Below, one piece after another: positions 47,699-63,947 of a stretch of 64,000 nt of DNA (the stretch's first letter is position 1; every line of letters begins with the position of its first letter). This stretch comes from an uncultured Actinomycetes bacterium (GTDB taxonomy: Bacteria; Actinomycetota; UBA4738; HRBIN12), in contig CAVXJC010000007.1 in assembly GCA_963762075.1 (NCBI GenBank), forward strand, positions 65,920 through 129,919. The letters run 5' to 3'. The notes under the pieces are model-generated. The model made no database searches. It was not told the origin of the DNA and worked only from the letters and a program-made list of their open reading frames with translations. The position numbers were made by a program, and so were the translations under genes.

Positions 47699-48069
47699 GC
47701 TTTCACTCCTTCGTGCTTGCAACGGATGCACAGGATCGCCCACGGAAGTGCATCGAGTCGCTCACTCGCGATCGGCTCGGCGCAGCGTTCGCACACGCCG
47801 TACGTGCCGACCTCGAACTTCGCCAGGGCCCGGTCGACATCGCGCAGGTTGGACCGCAACGCCGCCGCCACCGAGATCAGCCGAGACCGCTCCTCGGTAT
47901 TGTGTGAACGATCCGCGAAGCCGGAGTCGTCGATGAACGTGACCTCGTCGGAGTCGGGATCGGCCCCCTGGGACACCATCTCCGCGCGCAGGTGGATCCG
48001 CTGCTCTTCGAGGGTCGATCGGCGACGTGCGGTGGCCTCATCCATCGTGGTCCTGTCCTCCTGACCCAT
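47695..48069 (-). CDS. DksA/TraR family C4-type zinc-finger protein
   Basis: C-terminal CERCAEPIASERLDALPWAILCIRC (Cx2C-x17-Cx2C). An alternative start at 48045 would avoid overlap with xerD. Confidence 0.75.
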   Translation of the reverse strand: MGQEDRTTMDEATARRRSTLEEQRIHLRAEMVSQGADPDSDEVTFIDDSGFADRSHNTEERSRLISVAAALRSNLRDVDRALAKFEVGTYGVCERCAEPIASERLDALPWAILCIRCKHEGVKA

Positions 48070-49021
48070 GCTCCGGCCGGCCCCCGCCGGCAGTGGGTCG
48101 CCGCGCCCGCGGGTGTGACGTGTAGTAGACCTCGCGAAGGTGCTCCCGTGTCACGAGCGTGTAGATCTGGGTCGTCGCGACGCTCGCGTGTCCGAGCAGC
48201 TCCTGCACCACCCGAACATCGGCTCCCCCTTCGAGCAGGTGGGTCGCGAACGAATGCCGCAGCGTGTGCAGCGACACATGACGTTCGATGCCGGCGGCTC
48301 GCGCGGCCGCGCGCACCATGCGGTCGCAGCTCTGCCGCGTGAGCCTTCCGCCACGCTGGTTGAGGAAGAGCGCTCCTCGTCCACGGCCGGTGGCGAACAC
48401 GGGCCGCGCGCGGACGAGGTAGGTCTCGACGGCATCGCGTCCGAATCGCCCGACGGGCACCTCTCGTTCCTTGCCTCCCTTGCCGAGCACTCGCACGAAA
48501 CCTCCCTCGAGGTCGAGGTCGTCGACATCCAGACCGGTCAGCTCCGAAACGCGCAGCCCCGAGCCGTACAGGAGCTCCAGGATCGCTCGGTCGCGCTGAC
48601 CCGCGGGGGTCGCCGCATCGGGCGCATCGAGCAGTCGTTGCATCTCATCGACGGTCAAAGGATGCGGCAGTGCGCGGGGCAGCTTCGGCTGGACCACCCC
48701 CGCGGCGGGGTCGCTCTCGACGACGCCCTCCCGCAGCAGGAAGCGATGGAAAGAGCGGACCGACGACAACGTGCGAGCCACCGACGTTGCACGATACGGC
48801 CGCTCGTCCTCACCGTGGGTCGAAGCGCTGATCGATGCCAGGAACGATCGCACCACGGATCCGTCCACCTGTTCGGGCTCGCTCACGCTCCGAGAGCCGA
48901 GGAAGCGCAGGTACCGGACGAGGTCGCGGCGGTACGCGGAGAGCGTGTTGTCGGACAGGCCCCGCTCGACGGCGAGATGGTCGAGGTAGCGGGCGACCTG
49001 GGTCTCGATCGATGTCTCCAC
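48038..49021 (-). CDS. xerD: site-specific tyrosine recombinase XerD
   Basis: R…HxxR…Y catalytic residues (LRHSFATHLL…TQIYT) and XerC/D core-binding N-domain. Confidence 0.88.
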   Translation of the reverse strand: METSIETQVARYLDHLAVERGLSDNTLSAYRRDLVRYLRFLGSRSVSEPEQVDGSVVRSFLASISASTHGEDERPYRATSVARTLSSVRSFHRFLLREGVVESDPAAGVVQPKLPRALPHPLTVDEMQRLLDAPDAATPAGQRDRAILELLYGSGLRVSELTGLDVDDLDLEGGFVRVLGKGGKEREVPVGRFGRDAVETYLVRARPVFATGRGRGALFLNQRGGRLTRQSCDRMVRAAARAAGIERHVSLHTLRHSFATHLLEGGADVRVVQELLGHASVATTQIYTLVTREHLREVYYTSHPRARRPTAGGGRPEHGSGGQDHDG

Positions 49022-49027
49022 CCGGCG

Positions 49028-50158
49028 TCACCGCGCGCCGGCTCCGTCGACGACGGACCCGACCGGCGTCGTGTCGAGGCCGTGTGCCGCCGCGACGCCA
49101 TCGTTCGTGACGAGCCCCGAGTGGACGTTCACACCCAAGGCCAGCGCCGCGTCGGCGCGGATCGCGTCGTCGAGACCCTGGTCGGCGATCGCCGAGACAT
49201 AGTGCAGCGTGACGTTCGTCAAGGCGTAGGTCGAAGTGCGCGGCACGGCGCCCGGCATGTTCCCGACGCAGTAGTGCACGACGCCGTCGACCACGTACGT
49301 CGGATCGGAATGCGTCGTGACGTGCGACGTCTCGAAGCACCCGCCCTGATCGATCGAGATGTCGACCAGCACGGCCCCGGGCTGCATCGCGCGCACCGTC
49401 TCGGCGCTGACCAGGTGCGGCGCCTTCGCACCCGGCACGAGCACGGCGCCGATCACCATGTCGGCCCCGAGTACGAGACGCTCGACGGCGAGCGCGGAAC
49501 TCATCACCGTCTGGATACGCCCGTGCCAGATGCGATCGATCTCGCGGAGCCGGTCGACGTTGCGATCGACGACCGTCACATCGGCTTCCATGCCGGCGGC
49601 GATCTGCGCGGCGTTGGCCCCGGCCATGCCCGCCCCGAGCACCACGACCCGTGCCGGCGCGACCCCCGACGCCCCGCCCATCAACACGCCTCGACCGCCT
49701 CGTGGTCGCTCGAGCGCCGCCGCCCCCTCTTGTGGTGCCATGCGGCCGGCGATCTCCGACATCGGGGCGAGCAGCGGAAGTCGTCCGTCGGGGGTCTGCA
49801 CCGTCTCGTAGGCGACCGAGACGACCTCGCGCTCGGCCAGGAAACGCGTGAGCCTTTCGTCGGCGGCGAGATGCAGGTAGGTGAAGAGCACCTGTCCCGG
49901 CCGGAACCGCTCGTACTCTTCGGGCTGCGGCTCCTTGACCTTCACGATCATCTCTGCCTCTGCGAAGACGGCCTCGGCGTCGGGAAGCACCTCGGCACCC
50001 GCGGCCGAGAACTGCTCGTCGGAGATCGACGATCCTCGCCCCGCCGAGGCCTCGACCAACACACGATGCCCGGCTCTCGTGAGCTCACGGACCCCTTCTG
50101 GTGTCGCCGCCACCCGATACTCGCTGTCCTTGACTTCTTTCGGGATGCCGACATGCAC
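49028..50158 (-). CDS. ald: alanine dehydrogenase
   Basis: VHVGIPKEVKDSEYRVAATP… and Rossmann VVVLGAGMAGANAA. GTG start at 50158. Confidence 0.88.
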   Translation of the reverse strand: MHVGIPKEVKDSEYRVAATPEGVRELTRAGHRVLVEASAGRGSSISDEQFSAAGAEVLPDAEAVFAEAEMIVKVKEPQPEEYERFRPGQVLFTYLHLAADERLTRFLAEREVVSVAYETVQTPDGRLPLLAPMSEIAGRMAPQEGAAALERPRGGRGVLMGGASGVAPARVVVLGAGMAGANAAQIAAGMEADVTVVDRNVDRLREIDRIWHGRIQTVMSSALAVERLVLGADMVIGAVLVPGAKAPHLVSAETVRAMQPGAVLVDISIDQGGCFETSHVTTHSDPTYVVDGVVHYCVGNMPGAVPRTSTYALTNVTLHYVSAIADQGLDDAIRADAALALGVNVHSGLVTNDGVAAAHGLDTTPVGSVVDGAGAR

Positions 50159-50261
50159 GCGCGCGGCCTTCCTTGCCAGCGGCGAACGACCACACGCTGT
50201 TGCGGAGTCGTCCTGTCCGTTCCGGCGCAAGCGTACTCAACACCGCGCGGGAGCGCGATGA

Positions 50262-50783
50262 TCAGGGCGATGGCAAGGGTGGCCGGCCGGCCACCATCAT
50301 CAACATAAGCGCCGTCTTGGCGTCACGCACGCGACCCGAACGCGCGGCGGCGACCATGCGGTGGAGCGGCTCCACGACGAGCTCGATGCCGGGCTCGACC
50401 GGCCCTTCGGGCTCGGCCTCGGTGCGAGCCCAGAACAGGTGCACGTACTCGTCGCTCGAGCCGACCGACGGATAGATCCCGCCGAGGAACTCGATCGAGG
50501 TGTGGCGGTAACCGGTCTCCTCGAAGAGCTCACGGCCGGCTGCGGTGAGTGCATCCTCTCCGTCGATGTCGAGCAATCCCGCGGGCACCTCGGTCACGGC
50601 CAGGCGCACAGCCGGACGGAACTGCCGCACGAGCACCACGCGATCGTCGGGGGTCAGGGCAAGCACTGCCGTCGCGTCGTGCCGCCGTACGACCTCCCAG
50701 GGCTCGAGGCCGGGCCACTCCTCGAGGTCGACCCGCACGAACGAACCATCGAACACGGTCCGCGAGGCGAGCGGCTCCGGCAC
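50262..50783 (-). CDS. NUDIX hydrolase (ADP-ribose pyrophosphatase-like)
   Basis: Nudix box GRELFEETGY. The start was trimmed to the GTG at 50783, just after the pyrG stop. Confidence 0.75.
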   Translation of the reverse strand: MPEPLASRTVFDGSFVRVDLEEWPGLEPWEVVRRHDATAVLALTPDDRVVLVRQFRPAVRLAVTEVPAGLLDIDGEDALTAAGRELFEETGYRHTSIEFLGGIYPSVGSSDEYVHLFWARTEAEPEGPVEPGIELVVEPLHRMVAAARSGRVRDAKTALMLMMVAGRPPLPSP

Positions 50784-50790
50784 CGCCGCG

Positions 50791-54157
<3,367 letters not shown>

Positions 54158-54166
54158 GTTCGGATG

Positions 54167-55033
54167 CTAGCCGTCGCCGCCGACATCGGAGCCGGGCGCG
54201 CGATCGCCCGGCTGCCCCGGAAGGCCGAACTTCTCACGCACGAGCGACAGGAATCCCGGTGCGTCGTGACGGCGCACGAGCCGCGCCGGACGGGCCGAGG
54301 CCCTGATCCTCACCGTCGACCCAACCGGAAGCTCGATGCTGCGACGACCGTCGGCCGACAAGACTCCGCTCTCCTCCCCGAGAACCTCCAGCTGAACCTG
54401 GCTCGTTGCTTCCAGCACGAAGGACCGGTCGAAGACCATGTGGGCGGCGATCGGCGTGAGGACCAGCGAATCGACGCCGGGCATCACGATCGGGCCCCGG
54501 GCCGAGAACGAGTAGGCCGTCGACCCGGTGGGGGACGCGACGATCACCCCGTCGGCGGAGAACGTGGTCACGTAGTCGCCGTCGACCTGGACGGCGAGCC
54601 TCACGAGGCGGTGACGGACCTGCTTCTCGACCATCACTTCGTTGAGTCCCCACTGGGGAGCGAAGTCGGCACCGGCGACCGGCTCGGCGGTCAGGGCAAG
54701 CCGCTCCTCGACGTCGGCATGCCCCTCGAGCACGGCTCGGACCAATGGCAGCGCCTCGTGTGGCTCGACTTCAGTGAGGAAGCCCATCCGGCCGACCTTC
54801 ACGCCCAGCACCGGGCACCCGGCGTGCGATGCGGCGTAGGCGGCCCGCAGGAACGTGCCGTCGCCGCCCACGCTCACCACGAGATCGAGATCTCCTCTGA
54901 GCTCGGGCGCATCGCCGTCGTCGGCGAGCACGGTCGCTGTCACCCCTTCGCGTCCGAGGGCTTCGACCAGGTCGTCCGCGGCCTCGACCGCGGCCTCGCG
55001 ACCCGGGTGCATGACCACTCCGACCCGGTTCAT
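54167..55033 (-). CDS. nadK: NAD kinase
   Basis: GGDGT motif (VVSVGGDGTFLRA) and NAD-kinase C-terminal domain. Confidence 0.9.
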   Translation of the reverse strand: MNRVGVVMHPGREAAVEAADDLVEALGREGVTATVLADDGDAPELRGDLDLVVSVGGDGTFLRAAYAASHAGCPVLGVKVGRMGFLTEVEPHEALPLVRAVLEGHADVEERLALTAEPVAGADFAPQWGLNEVMVEKQVRHRLVRLAVQVDGDYVTTFSADGVIVASPTGSTAYSFSARGPIVMPGVDSLVLTPIAAHMVFDRSFVLEATSQVQLEVLGEESGVLSADGRRSIELPVGSTVRIRASARPARLVRRHDAPGFLSLVREKFGLPGQPGDRAPGSDVGGDG

Positions 55034-55824
55034 CTCGAGACGGCCTCGCCCTCGGCGATCGCTTCGCCGACGGCGAGCATCGCCGGCTCACCGCCCATAC
55101 GCGTCCACAGCAGGAACTCCACGTTGCCCGCGGGACCTCGTGAGGGCGACGCCATCAGAGATCTTGGCTCCAGACCAGCCCTGCGAGCCGCCTCGATGAC
55201 GGAATCGAGGACCCGCGTCCACACCGCGGGGTTTCGGACCACGCCCTTCGGACCGACGTGATCGGATCTCGCTTCGAACTGCGGCTTGACGAGGAGCACC
55301 GCGTCGGCATCTTCGCTCGCGACCATCGACAGGGCAGGAAGCACCGAGCGCAGCGAGATGAAGGAAAGATCCACCACGATGAACGTGGGCCGGTACGGCA
55401 GAGCCACGGTCGTGAGATCACGAACGTTGGTGCGCTCGAGGACCGTCACGCGGTCATCGAGCCGGAGGTTCCATGCGAGCTGGCCGTACCCGACGTCGAC
55501 CGCGACGACGTGACGGGCGCCGGCCTGCAGGAGACAATCCGTGAACCCCCCCGTGGAAGCGCCGGCATCGAGACAATCCGATCCCGATGGGTCGAGCTGG
55601 AATCTCGACAGCGCCGCAGCCAGCTTCTCACCACCCCGCGAGACGAACCTCTTCTTCGGTTCCGCCAGCGCGACCGGCATGTCGTCGGACACGAGCGTGG
55701 TCGCCTTACTCGCCGGAGAGCCGCCCACTCGCACGAGGCCGGCAAGCACCGCGCGCTGCGCGTCGGCGCGTGACGCAACCAGGCCTCGTCGCACCAGCTC
55801 CGTGTCGAGTCGGCGGCGCGTCAC
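55030..55824 (-). CDS. tlyA: TlyA family rRNA 2'-O-methyltransferase (S4 + FtsJ)
   Basis: S4 (LDTELVRRGLVASRADAQRAV) plus FtsJ (LDAGASTGGFTD). GTG start at 55824; upstream R/P-rich extension ignored. Confidence 0.82.
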   Translation of the reverse strand: MTRRRLDTELVRRGLVASRADAQRAVLAGLVRVGGSPASKATTLVSDDMPVALAEPKKRFVSRGGEKLAAALSRFQLDPSGSDCLDAGASTGGFTDCLLQAGARHVVAVDVGYGQLAWNLRLDDRVTVLERTNVRDLTTVALPYRPTFIVVDLSFISLRSVLPALSMVASEDADAVLLVKPQFEARSDHVGPKGVVRNPAVWTRVLDSVIEAARRAGLEPRSLMASPSRGPAGNVEFLLWTRMGGEPAMLAVGEAIAEGEAVSR

Positions 55825-55840
55825 CGCGGCCGAGCCCGGG

Positions 55841-56269
55841 TCACCCGCCGGAGGCCGAAGTCGACCTCTTGGCCGCAGGCTCCTTGCGACGGGCCCGGGA
55901 GCTCGCGGTCGTCTTCTTCGCGGTCGCACGCGTCCGAGACCCGGACGAACGAGTGGTCTTCGCGCCACCCGAGGCGGTCTTGCCGGCGGCCCGTTCGAGG
56001 TCGCGCACACGCTTCTTGAGGGCGTCGAGCTCGGCCTGCGTCGCAACACCTCCGACCGACTTCAGCTGATCGGAGATCTCACGCCGAACGAAGCTCGACA
56101 AGCGCTCACGGTTGGTCTGGGACCACTCGAGCAGATCGGCCGCGGTCTTCGCCACCTGTTCCTTGGCCGCGCTCGGCTCCAACATGTCCTTGGCCAGCCG
56201 CTGTGCCCGGGCTGGGGTCAGCGTGCCCACGACACCTTCCAGGGTCTTTCGCAGGTCGTCGATGATCAT
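55841..56269 (-). CDS. hypothetical protein (coiled-coil, basic C-terminus)
   Basis: Conserved position between tlyA and the HAD gene. Start taken at the internal ATG (MIIDDLRK). Confidence 0.5.
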   Translation of the reverse strand: MIIDDLRKTLEGVVGTLTPARAQRLAKDMLEPSAAKEQVAKTAADLLEWSQTNRERLSSFVRREISDQLKSVGGVATQAELDALKKRVRDLERAAGKTASGGAKTTRSSGSRTRATAKKTTASSRARRKEPAAKRSTSASGG

Positions 56270-56353
56270 CGCGAGTTCCTTTCGGCATCGATCACGGAAT
56301 GACATGCCAGCATACCCGTGGGTGTCCTGCGACCGGGTGAGACCGCCGTTCGC

Positions 56354-57133
56354 TCAGTCCTCGGTGAACAAGGCGTTGAGGTTCTCCGCCACGTAGGTCG
56401 GACGCACGGGCGAGTCCGCCACTTGGTCCCGTCCGTCGATGCCGGTGAGCACGAGCATCGAATCCCACCCGAGGCGAGCGGCCCCAGCGATGTCGGTGTC
56501 GAGTCGATCGCCCACGAGGAGCGGCCGGCCGCCTCCCGCCCGCTCGAGAGCGGCGAGCAGCAGCGGCGCATGCGGCTTGCCGATCACCTCTCCGCGCACC
56601 CCCGTGGTGGTCTCGATCGCCGCGAGCAGGGCCCCAGCACCTGGCCATCTGGTGCCGTCTTCGGCTGGGAAGGACGCGTCGGGGTTGGTCGCGACCAGCG
56701 CGGCGCCGCGCTGCACGAGCACCGACGCGGTTCGAAGCTTGGCGTAGTCGGCGCCGCGGTCCCAGCCGACCACGACCACATCGGCACGCTCCGGGTCTCC
56801 GTGGACCACGTGCACCCCTGCCTGCGTGAGCGCTTGCACGAGACCCTCCTCACCGACCACGAAGGCGAGGCGGACATCACGGCGGGAGAGCACCGCGGCG
56901 GTGGTCAGCGCAGAGGTCTCCACTTCGTCGGCACGAGCCTCCACGCCGACCGACCGCAGCCGTTGGGCGACCGCTTCGGGGGTACGACCGGAGTTATTCG
57001 TGACGAACACGATGCGCCTGCCCATCGCCCTGAGTCTCGCGAGCGACTCCGGGGCAGCCGGCACGCGGTCGGCGCCCCGATACAGCACCCCATCGAGGTC
57101 GAAGAGGATCGCGTCGTATCGATCGGCGATCAC
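56354..57133 (-). CDS. HAD-IIA family hydrolase (sugar/glycerol-phosphate phosphatase-like)
   Basis: DAILFDLDGVLY…TNNS… HAD motifs I-III. Confidence 0.82.
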   Translation of the reverse strand: MIADRYDAILFDLDGVLYRGADRVPAAPESLARLRAMGRRIVFVTNNSGRTPEAVAQRLRSVGVEARADEVETSALTTAAVLSRRDVRLAFVVGEEGLVQALTQAGVHVVHGDPERADVVVVGWDRGADYAKLRTASVLVQRGAALVATNPDASFPAEDGTRWPGAGALLAAIETTTGVRGEVIGKPHAPLLLAALERAGGGRPLLVGDRLDTDIAGAARLGWDSMLVLTGIDGRDQVADSPVRPTYVAENLNALFTED

Positions 57134-57194
57134 GATCGCGGACCCGTGAGCCGCACGCGACCCGAGGCCGGGACAGGACTGCTATACAAGACGC

Positions 57195-58490
57195 GTGCCT
57201 CGCCTCTCCCCGTTCGACGGACTCGTCTTCGACGCCGCGGTCTCGGGTCCCCTCGAGAGCGTCACCGCCCCGCCGTATGACGTTATCAGCGACCGTCGAC
57301 GACTCCGATACCTGCAGGCGAGCGAGTTCAACGTGGTGCACCTCGATCTCGCCGAGGGCACGGCCGATCCGACGCACCCGGAGAACCGCTACGCGCGTGC
57401 GGGGCACCTGCTGCGCGCCTGGGAAGAGCGGGGCGTGCTTCGACGGGCGGTCGAACCCAGTTGCTACGCCTACGAGATGTCGTACGACGCCGAGGGCGCG
57501 AAGTGGGCTCACGCGCCCGCGGCCGATCACGCGATCCGTGGCCTGATCTGCGCCATGACGATCGAGGACTGGGGTGGCACCGTGCTCCCGCACGAGCGGG
57601 TGCGCAAGGGCCCCGTCGCGGACCGTCTCGCACTGCTCCGAGCCACACGCACACACCTGTCGCCCGTCTACGGCACGATCGAGAGCCATGACGACCGGCT
57701 GGACATGTTCGTGCGGGAGATGACCTCGGGTCCCGCACCGTTCGAGGCCGTCGACGAGCAGGGTGTGCGCCATCGCATGTGGCCGGTCGACGGCGACGCG
57801 TTCGTTCGAGCGGGACTCGGTCGCACCCACGACGAAAGGCTCTTGATCGCCGACGGACACCACCGCTACACCACGGCCCTGCGCTACCGAGACGAGCGAC
57901 GCCGCGTCGACGGACCCGGACCGTGGGATGCCGTTCTGACCCTCGTCGTCGACGCCGCCGCAGAACACATGCACGTGATGCCATTCCATCGTGTGCAACT
58001 CGCGGGCCAGCCGCCATCGATCGAAGGAACGTCTGTGACTGGGCTCGCCGCCATGATCGACGGCCTGAGCGACGACGACCTGACGATCGGCACGATCTCG
58101 CTCGACGAGCGTCATGAGGTCGAGTACCGGATGAGGCGCCTCGAGGGCGAGCCGCCCACGGTTCGCGCCTTGCACGAGACACTCCTCGACGGGCCCGGAT
58201 CCAACGCGTCGCTGCGGTACGTCACAGACGCTGCCGAGGCGGACGCAGCCGTGCGCAGTGGCGAAGCCGTCGCCGCCTTTCTGCTGCCGCCCACCACGCC
58301 CGGTCGCATCAGAGCCCTCGTCGAGCGTGGCGAGCGGCTGCCCGCGAAGTCCACCTATTTCTGGCCCAAACCCCTGACGGGGATGATCATGATGCCGCTC
58401 GATCCGCCCCTTCCACCTGCCCCTCTGCCGACGGCCGCGGTCGATCGAGCGGCCGATCCTCGGGCGGATCCAACGGGTCGAGCTTCTTGA
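57195..58490 (+). CDS. DUF1015 domain protein
   Basis: MPRLSPFDGL…APPYDVISD… N-terminal signature and about 430 aa length. Confidence 0.7.
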   Translation: MPRLSPFDGLVFDAAVSGPLESVTAPPYDVISDRRRLRYLQASEFNVVHLDLAEGTADPTHPENRYARAGHLLRAWEERGVLRRAVEPSCYAYEMSYDAEGAKWAHAPAADHAIRGLICAMTIEDWGGTVLPHERVRKGPVADRLALLRATRTHLSPVYGTIESHDDRLDMFVREMTSGPAPFEAVDEQGVRHRMWPVDGDAFVRAGLGRTHDERLLIADGHHRYTTALRYRDERRRVDGPGPWDAVLTLVVDAAAEHMHVMPFHRVQLAGQPPSIEGTSVTGLAAMIDGLSDDDLTIGTISLDERHEVEYRMRRLEGEPPTVRALHETLLDGPGSNASLRYVTDAAEADAAVRSGEAVAAFLLPPTTPGRIRALVERGERLPAKSTYFWPKPLTGMIMMPLDPPLPPAPLPTAAVDRAADPRADPTGRAS

Positions 58491-58776
58491 TACCGCTCGC
58501 GACCACCTCGGTGAGGCTGCGAGCTCCGGCTCCGCTCCGGTAGAAGCGGCGGACCAGTTGCCCGTGCACGAGCACTCGATCACCTTTGGCGATCTCGTCG
58601 AGCGCTCGGGCTCCGACCGTGGCGTGCCAAGCCGCGATCGGGAGGGGGAGGAGGCGTCTGCCCGCCTCCGGAACGGAGAGCCGGAGCTCGGTGACCTCGT
58701 CGCCTGACGGCATCCGGCGATTGACCGGATCCGCCGAGACGGTGCCCGCAAGCACGACGACGTTGACCGTCACCAT
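58387..58776 (-). CDS. SSB-like OB-fold protein, short, lacking acidic C-tail
   Basis: VNVVVLAGTVSADPVNRRMPSGDEVTELRLSV… resembles the SSB N-terminal OB fold. Convergent overlap with the DUF1015 gene. Confidence 0.55.
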   Translation of the reverse strand: MVTVNVVVLAGTVSADPVNRRMPSGDEVTELRLSVPEAGRRLLPLPIAAWHATVGARALDEIAKGDRVLVHGQLVRRFYRSGAGARSLTEVVASGIKKLDPLDPPEDRPLDRPRPSAEGQVEGADRAAS

Positions 58777-58887
58777 GGCTCCTCCTTCTCGTGGGTTCTC
58801 GGTTCCTCTCCCCTTTCTCGGCCCGCGTTCGGACCCGAGGGCACGCTAGCAGCGGGGTCCGACACTCCGTGTGCCAAACTCCAGCCC

Positions 58888-59862
58888 GTGACCGTCGACG
58901 GACGCCACCCCGTGCGAACCCCAGTGGCCGACGGCGTCACCATGATCGACACGCTGCTGAGCGGTGAACCCGAGTTCAACGCGGTGTATCTCCTCGATGG
59001 CGACGAGCCCTGTCTCGTCGAGACCGGGCCGGGGGCAGATGGTGCGCTCGTGCTCGAGGCCCTCGACGACCTCGGCATCGGGGACGGCGATCTCGCGCAC
59101 ATCGTCGTCACTCACATCCACCTCGACCACGCCGGAGGAGCCGGTGCGCTCGCCCAACGCTTCGCAGGTGCGACCGTGTGGGCGCACGAGCGCGGCGCAG
59201 CGCATCTCGCCGATCCCACGCGCCTGATCGCGAGCACCGCCCGCACCTATGGCGCCGAGCGCATGCTCGCTCTCTTCGGCGAGACGCACCCGGTGCCGGC
59301 CGGTCGCCTGCGTTCGCTGACCGACGGCGACACGATCCGAATGGGACGCCGAGAGCTCGCCGTCATCCACACGCCCGGCCACGCCTCCCACCACGTGGCG
59401 CTGCACGATTCCGAGAGCGGTGCCGTCTTCACCGGCGAGGCCATAGGCTCGTACCTTCCGTGGGGGCCTGCGTTCCGCCCCGCGCTTCCGCCGCCCGAGG
59501 TCGATGTCGCGAGCGCCACTGCAAGCATCGAGCGGATCCGTTCGCGACATGCATCGGGGCTGCTGACGTCGCATTTCGGTCCCGCTCCCGACCCGGATGG
59601 CGCCTGCGATGTGGCGAGTCAGCAGATCAGATCGTGGTCGGAAGCCGTGCGCCGCCGGCTCGAGAGAGAACCCGACGCGGGCACAGACCCGGTAGCCCAC
59701 GACCTCGAGGATCTTGCCGCGGCGGAATTTCAGCGAGTGACCGGAAGGCCGATCGAGATGACGCGCTACGACGCGATCGGCTCGATCCGCATGAACGCCG
59801 CGGGGCTGCTCCGATACTGGCGCAAGCGCTGGGAGCACGAGTCGCTCGAGCCCCGAGCCTAG
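58888..59862 (+). CDS. MBL-fold metallo-hydrolase
   Basis: HIVVTHIHLDHAGG (HxHxDH) and downstream His/Asp ligands. Confidence 0.85.
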   Translation: MTVDGRHPVRTPVADGVTMIDTLLSGEPEFNAVYLLDGDEPCLVETGPGADGALVLEALDDLGIGDGDLAHIVVTHIHLDHAGGAGALAQRFAGATVWAHERGAAHLADPTRLIASTARTYGAERMLALFGETHPVPAGRLRSLTDGDTIRMGRRELAVIHTPGHASHHVALHDSESGAVFTGEAIGSYLPWGPAFRPALPPPEVDVASATASIERIRSRHASGLLTSHFGPAPDPDGACDVASQQIRSWSEAVRRRLEREPDAGTDPVAHDLEDLAAAEFQRVTGRPIEMTRYDAIGSIRMNAAGLLRYWRKRWEHESLEPRA

Positions 59863-60548
59863 GTCAGCTCGGCCAGGCGCTCGGCGGTATCGAACGCGCT
59901 GGCATCGTGGCGCATGATCCTTCGGAATTCCCCCGCAGCCTCGTCGCGTCGGCCCGCCTTCGCGAGGATGTCTCCTCGCACGTACCACAGTCGCAGCGTA
60001 TATGGAGCGGAGACGCCCTCTTTGGTCTTCGCCCGCGCGAGGAACGCGAGGGCCTCGGCGAACCTCTCCTGATCGGCGAGCGCCGACGCCGCCACGATGA
60101 CCGCTTCCGCTTTCGCCTCGGGCGAGACCTTCGCTCGAAGCTCCTCCTCGGCAAGCGGCACGGCTTCCTGCGGCTTGCCTACCGCACGCAAGCAATCGGC
60201 GATGACATGATTCTGATCCGCGCGACCGCTGAAGCGGCGATACGCCTTCAGCTCCGTCAAAGCCTCCTGCCACCGACCCTGGCCGTACAGGGCGAGTCCG
60301 AGCACCTCGCGGACAGCGGCCGAACGCCCCGAGAGTTGCTTCGCCTTGGCAGCTTCGGCCACGGCGGCGCCTGCGTCGCCGCGCTCGAGCAGCTCCACGG
60401 CCCGTGACAAGCGCGACACCGCGTCACGTACCTGGGTCGGCTTCGTCGCACGTTGCAGCTCCTCCAGGACATCCCGAGGCAGGCCGGCCGGGCCCGTTGG
60501 TCGTGTACGTCGATTCCCCCCGTGACGGGGTGTGAAGGCTTTGGACAT
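59859..60548 (-). CDS. tetratricopeptide-repeat protein
   Basis: Repeated TPR-like helical hairpins. Start at the ATG at 60548 (MSKAFTPR) with an RBS. Confidence 0.7.
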   Translation of the reverse strand: MSKAFTPRHGGNRRTRPTGPAGLPRDVLEELQRATKPTQVRDAVSRLSRAVELLERGDAGAAVAEAAKAKQLSGRSAAVREVLGLALYGQGRWQEALTELKAYRRFSGRADQNHVIADCLRAVGKPQEAVPLAEEELRAKVSPEAKAEAVIVAASALADQERFAEALAFLARAKTKEGVSAPYTLRLWYVRGDILAKAGRRDEAAGEFRRIMRHDASAFDTAERLAELT

Positions 60549-60595
60549 GAGGACTCCTAGGCTACCGACGCACGAGCCTCTCGCCTGACACAGAA

Positions 60596-60617
60596 CGAGC
60601 CGCCCGAAGGCGGCTCG
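60596..60617 (-). terminator. rRNA operon terminator hairpin
   Basis: gagccgcc-cgaa-ggcggctc perfect 8-bp GC stem, immediately 3' of the 5S rRNA on the minus strand. Confidence 0.45.
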
Positions 60618-60626
60618 TTCGAAGAT

Positions 60627-60746
60627 GCTCCGGCGGCGACCTACTCTCCCACCAAGTCTCCCTGGCAGTACCATCGGCGCTGGAGGGCTTCACTTCCGGG
60701 TTCGGGATGGGACCGGGTGTTTCCCCTCCGCTGTGGCCACCGAAAC
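60627..60746 (-). rRNA. rrf: 5S ribosomal RNA
   Basis: The reverse complement reads …TTTCGGTGGCCACAGCGGAGGGGAAACACCCGGTCCCATCCCGAACCCGGAAGTGAAGCCCTCCAGCGCCGATGGTACTGCC…GGGAGAGTAGGTCGCCGCCGGAGC. About 120 nt. Confidence 0.85.
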
Positions 60747-60841
60747 GGTGGTTCCCGAAGGATCCTCGAAAGGACCGACGAGACAACTCTGAGGATGCGC
60801 CCCTCGAGCAGAGCTCGAAGAACTGCGATAGCGAGCGCGAG

Positions 60842-63947
<3,106 letters not shown>

